Part shown: one piece after another, positions 49,986-64,000 of the stretch | Layout of the letters: each line of letters opens with the position of its first letter | Position numbering within the stretch: position 1 is the first letter of the stretch | From: Podarcis vaucheri | Lineage: Eukaryota | Assembly (NCBI GenBank): GCA_965113315.1 | Contig: OZ220363.1 | Length of the DNA: 64,000 nt | Reading direction: 5' to 3' (one strand) | Made by a program: the position numbers and the translations under genes | The notes under the pieces: generated by a model | Told to the model about the DNA's origin: nothing | Databases searched by the model: none | Seen by the model: only the letters and a program-made list of their open reading frames with translations

Positions 49986-52900
49986 ATTTTCTCACCTTAT
50001 AGGTATCTAGGCAATCTGGTATTTTACAGGCCTCATTTATGTAATTTTACATAGTTTTTAATGTTACACAATGCAGAATTAGACAATCTCAACCAATATT
50101 CTAACAAGGGAAACTTACCAAGACAACGCACAGCAGACCCAGCCACTACACTTAATTCAAGGTAGGATAACCCACCCAAATTGTTCACCATCAAGACTAC
50201 AGAAGCACCTGAAAGCCAAAACAAAGTAAGATTGAAGACTAATCTGCACACTATACTTAATATGCAAAAGGTGATGTAAAAAGCTTCTGCATGGCTATTT
50301 CTCCCCATCTGGGCTAACATCTGGATCTACTGATCAATGACTGACCAATCACACAGTAAATCTCCATTCCAGCAATTGCTGATATTGTAATAGAAACTCA
50401 CTACATAAACGTGATTTTACAAGCATTTTTGTATATATTGTACTGTATATATATTACAGTTCAGCTATAGAAAAATAGCCACAGAAAAAAAATATTCCCA
50501 GATTCCTCAGAGTAGAAGGAATAATATATAGGCCAGCCTCAAAATTGTTACTTACCAGACTTGAGTCGCACACGTGAAGCGTTGGAGTGACTGGTCATGT
50601 GATCCAGCATTATTTTGACAACCTGATCTGCTGATGTTATCTGTGAAGAGGACATGTGTAAGGGGGCAGGGTTGTACTTCTTCATTAGCAAAAAGGTGAC
50701 AGGCTACTTACCTTCATCCTACGCACACCTGCTTCACCATGGATTCCTACAGAAAGAGCAAGATATCAGATATCAGTTATGGCACCTGCCATGACTATCT
50801 TCTTTCTAAATAGAAGATGACTGAGTTTAAGGGCACTAATTGATGAAATCCTAATCATGCTAGTCAGTGATATATAGCCATTGAACTTAAACTACACACA
50901 AAAGAAAAATAGTAAAAGAACATATCTGTGCCCTGTTAGTATCTGACTGGTAATGGATACCCATGCATCATAGGTGATAGCACCTCAGACTGACCCCTAT
51001 GTCTGCAATGATGGAATGGAACTGGTCACAACTAATAATTCAGAGCATGGACAGAGTCCCAAAACAAACGGCATGCAGTCCCAAAGAGACAATGCTCATG
51101 AGGACATTCTAAAGAAGTAGATGGAAACGCATTCCTCACCTAAGCCTAGCTCAAGTTCATCATCAGCAAGCTGGAAGGTAGGTCTAGATCCAGGAACACT
51201 GCAGGGGGTTAGACTAACTCCAAGGGTCCCTGTGCAAAAATAAAATGCCACCTTCCATACAGATGTTTCAGCATCAGTACAAGAAAATAGACAAAAGTGT
51301 ATGTTCTGCTTATGCCCCCGGTTACAATGCACAACTCTAAATGATACTACAATATTGCAATGTAGTTTTGGATTGAAAGGTGCAGTCTTGAGGATCACCA
51401 GCTAATTACAGAAACATTATTTGTTCATATTAATTAAACTTATATCAAGCTATCAATGGCTAGCTATTTTACCTGCATTATCAGAGGCAGCATGTTTCTG
51501 AATACCAGTTATTAGAGATCATGAGTGGCAGTGTCTTATTGCACCTCTGTTCTGCTTATGGAATTCCCAAAGGCATCTGGTTGGGAACTTAGGGACCACA
51601 TAGCTGGACAGATAGGTCCTCGATCTGACCCATCAGTGCTCTTCTCAAGTTCTTATACCTCACCTTTTCCTCCAGTGACCTGAAGGTGGTGTATATGGTT
51701 CTCCCCATTTAATCCTCACAACAATCCTGTGTGGGAGGTTAAACTAGGCGATGGTGAATGCTGAGTCCAAATCTTATACATTAACCACAAAGGGTCAGCC
51801 ACACAATTGGGGTTCTCTTTCTTTCAGGGATCATTAATTTTAAATCTTCACTACATTCACTGCATGTCAAAACCATAAACCCTATAAAAGACAGCATAAT
51901 AAATTTAGCCAGCATGACCTTGCTAGACTGCTTGATTTGCCAGGTGTCAAAGAATAACGTAGCCTTTGGCCAGATGCTTACCTCCCAAAGAGAGCTACTT
52001 AAACACTTACCCATTGAGTGTGCAACAGCAGTAACCTTGCGAGCAATTGCACTCAGACCACAACCTGCCTCAGACAGAGCCCCAGCTACCTAAACATAAA
52101 CAACTGTAAGGAAAAATGTTGCTTTGATTTCTCAACAAAAGGATCACAGCAGATTAGCATACATTCATTCACTTCATACTACAGGGACAAAGCCAGGTGT
52201 GTCAGGACTAACGGAGAAGAATGGCTGTGTGAAGAATCATGCTTTTATGTGGCTAGGAGTTCAGGCACAATATGCAGGGAGGAATGCCTATGGGCACCTC
52301 ACACTCTACAACATTCTTAGGCCTCAAAGCATTATTTGCACTTTGGTAATACTACTGTACAGTGGGGTCCTAAGTCAATGACAATGTTGGTTCTGAATTT
52401 GGGGATGGATGATTCCTACCTTGTGTATTAACACTGTGCCACATAGACCTCTCCTGCCAGCCTTCTTCTGTTTGGTAAAGGCACAGTCGTCACCGATAAC
52501 CACCATCTCCACAGAAGCCCCTTCTGCCCGTGCTTGTTCCAATGCCAGCCCAAAGTTCAGACGGTCCCCAGTATAGTTCTTCACTATTAGCAGTGTCCCA
52601 ACTACAGAAGAGAGATGGTTTGAATTCTGTGATATTCCTCCCTCAAGAGAGATGTTCATCTACCAAAAATGATGCCATACCTGCACCAGCTTGCCTCACA
52701 GCCCGAATTGCTGCTAAAATGCTGCCCACTGCAGGTGAAGTGAATACCGGACCAGCTACCACTCCAGTGAGCATTCCCTTCCCAATGTACCCTGAGGAAA
52801 GAAGACAGGCATGGCGGTATTGCATCTGCTTTGGGAGCATCTTGCTCACACTCTAGTTCTGTGGCTGTTTATCTTAACTCCAATAACTGAATCGTACAGC

Positions 52901-55549
52901 TGCCAGAACTGTGGCACAAACGTTTTCAGTTCATGATGTCCAGAAATATGGGATCACAGGGTGTCCTCTTCTCTTTGTATTCATGAAATGCCAGTGTTAA
53001 GTGAAGTGAGGGAAACCAGATTGAAACCCTCTCCCCCAGACTCAAAGCTCCCATAACTTTGATCCCACTAACCTGCATGTGCAGGCTCATGTCCTGAACC
53101 ACCTCCAGAAATAAGTGCCACTTTGCCTCGCAGATTCTCCAAGTCAGCACGTAATGCCACTCTGTGTCCATGCAGGATCTGGAGATGAGGATTACAAGCC
53201 ACTGTTCCAGCCAATGCATCGTCTGCACAACCCAGAATTGTGTTCACTAGCTTCTTTGAACCCTAGAATAGGAAAACATCACAAAAGTTTCTCATACGCA
53301 CAGCCTTCCACATGGAGGTAGTTTCTAGTTCATTATTGTCCAACCAGCTTCAGATACTACAAGTGCTTATAAGCAATTGTACCAGTGATTCATGATTTTG
53401 TTGTAATATCTGAAAAAAGAATTATTGCAAGAGACACATGCAAGCTGTGTATAATGCTTGAGCCCATGCATTTCCCATGTCAAACACCTCTGAACAGCAG
53501 AGTGAAAAGGCAGAACACAAAAGTAACTAGCACACCCATCCATTAGTATTTGCAATACCACCTGATATTGCTTTCAAAAAATATGAAGATTGGGTCATTC
53601 ACCTTCCATGCTTTCTGTCATGCCACAGACAACCATTACATTGGTAGAATTTGTTAGCCATCCACGAAAAAACTGTTCCTCCACATTAGCAGAAAGAGCA
53701 GCAGCTGTGAATCAAAACTGAGTTTTATGTAACAATGAAAGCATAATTTTGACACGTCCACTCTTTGTCTAAAGTTGTACCCAATATATTTTCCATTTAA
53801 CTTTTTGAGTCTTCCAGCCTGCTTCATCCTATAGCATTATTATTATTACATTGACTTCCACAAACGTCACCAGGTGTACAAATGCAACAAAAACAGCTAA
53901 AAACACAGAATGTAACAGATAAAGTTAAAAACAATACTAATTAGACAGCCAAACATGCAGATAGCAGGTGTCTGTCATAGCCTGACAGGAATTCTGTTCC
54001 ACAGAACAGAGGCAGACACACCAGTTACTGTGCTTCGGAGATCTTTAGAACATGAAGGCGAAGTAGGTAACAGTATGTTAGTCATTCAACAGTATTGTAA
54101 TTTAGTAGTCATTTGGTCACCTGTAGCAACAAATAACTAATTCTAGGTCATCAAGAGCTGGTCATGCAGCTGCAACAGTATTAGTCTGTGACAACATCAC
54201 CTGACACTTCTCATATTCCCTCCTAGTCCTAAAGAGTTGCAGACTCTTAATGGTTGAGAAATATCCACGTCCAGTCTTCAGAATGTTATAGATGCTGCAC
54301 TTGCTTTTTTGGTTTTTCTTTTAGCTTGGGGCTAGAAAGAAGAACAAAACCATGTGTGCAGCTTTCCTAGTGTTGCTTCATGTTTGTGCAGCTGGCTCAT
54401 TCTAGCACAATATCTGGTAGCCACTTCTAAGGCCAGAAGGAAGGTGAAAGGGTTTCTTTATGAAGTCTCCACAGCATTTTTATGTAATAGACCCTGTAGA
54501 AGTAGATATTTCCCTGTAACTCCTGGGTCTTAGATTTAATCTTCTGAAATCATATATACTATGGGCCCCCAAAGTCACATCCAGGTAATGCAAAAAGGTT
54601 CAAATGGTCACAGCTGAGACATAACCCACCAAAAGAAAATGAGGAATTGACAATTTGCTGCCCAGGGAGATGTGTCTGGCTCTCTCCATGCTCACTTTTA
54701 GGCATCAGGTCAAACTCCTGTTGTTAAACTTTAAGCAAACATTTGGCATGGGTAGTAGCCTAGTTTGGACTCTGGTCCTGATTTTCTGCTTCCGTGCATT
54801 TAATTATCTGCTGAGTCTTCTGACTGCATTATTAATTGATAATTATTAGCCAGTGTGCCCTTCAGAGCTATACAAGTGGGAGCTGCCACAAAATGTTGCA
54901 GTGTAGAATATCCCTTTTCAGAGTTTCAGCCAGCTATGCCTTCTTTCAGGATATTCAATCTCCCCGTCTGTTTTTCTGTCTCCCCCCATCAGTGGGATCC
55001 TGTGGCCACTAATCACATGCTCAGTCCCTCCGTCCTTATTGAGTTGTTCAGTTTTCCACCACCCCAATATATTTTCTACTTCTGCAAACCTTCAGGTCCC
55101 CACCCCAAGCATTCCGACACCTCTCTTTTGTTAGCTCCATTGGCTTCATAGTCATTTGACTGGGCTTCTAACACTGTATATACTTGCTTTATTATTTCTT
55201 TGTATCCTAAGCTGTCCTGAATATTCCTGAGTGAACACAAAGGCAGAATATAAAGATTGCAAGGGACCGATACAAAGAGACTGAAGTTTGACTCCCAAGT
55301 CCCAAGTTACCCTGTTTCGGATGCTTTCCCTCAATCCGCAGGGCTTCAGAGACTTAATGGAAGGGACTCTCTCCCTTGCTTTCCAGTGATCGCACAACCG
55401 CAGCTGACCAAAACCAATTCTCTGCTCTGACTGAGGCAGAAACAGTGCAAGGGCAGCAGAGCTGGATCTGAAGCAGTTTTCTAGCCCAAGTCCCAAACTC
55501 AGCCTTGGGCCTCATGGGTCAATTGGGGCCACGCTCAGGCTAGCGCCTA

Positions 55550-63999
<8,450 letters not shown>

Positions 64000-64000
64000 A

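Noticed and set aside
53603-53640. Alternative ATG-bearing TKFC exon (ATGGAAG|gtgaat)
   Set aside because: It ends in phase 1, while the next exon (53262) needs phase 0; ATG CAG|gt at 55648 fits instead.

Overview
This is a vertebrate genomic window. The repeat content (Sauria-type SINE, L2/CR1, Penelope, TA-flanked MITEs) suggests a squamate, probably a lacertid lizard. It matches the conserved human 11q12.2 block. From left to right: the probable non-coding last exon of CPSF7 (+), then TMEM216 (-), TMEM138 (-), CYB561A3 (+), TKFC/DAK (-) and the first six exons of DDB1 (+). TMEM138, CYB561A3 and TKFC splice by hand into complete open frames with GT-AG introns; the TMEM216 terminal exon is uncertain. 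The main surprise is an intact 7-exon gene for a 494-aa fascin-family protein (5104-13154, +) between CPSF7 and TMEM216, where the human locus has no fascin. It is divergent from FSCN1/2/3, has a different intron pattern, and lacks the regulatory serines S39 and S274, so it is a candidate fourth vertebrate fascin. Secondary observations: RFX X-boxes at both ciliary genes, CLEAR and ZNF143 motifs, a palindromic bidirectional polyA site, a Penelope-derived minimal hammerhead ribozyme motif in sense orientation in a TMEM216 intron, an overlapping uORF, and several young insertions or duplications. Comparisons with known genes are from memory, not from database searches.
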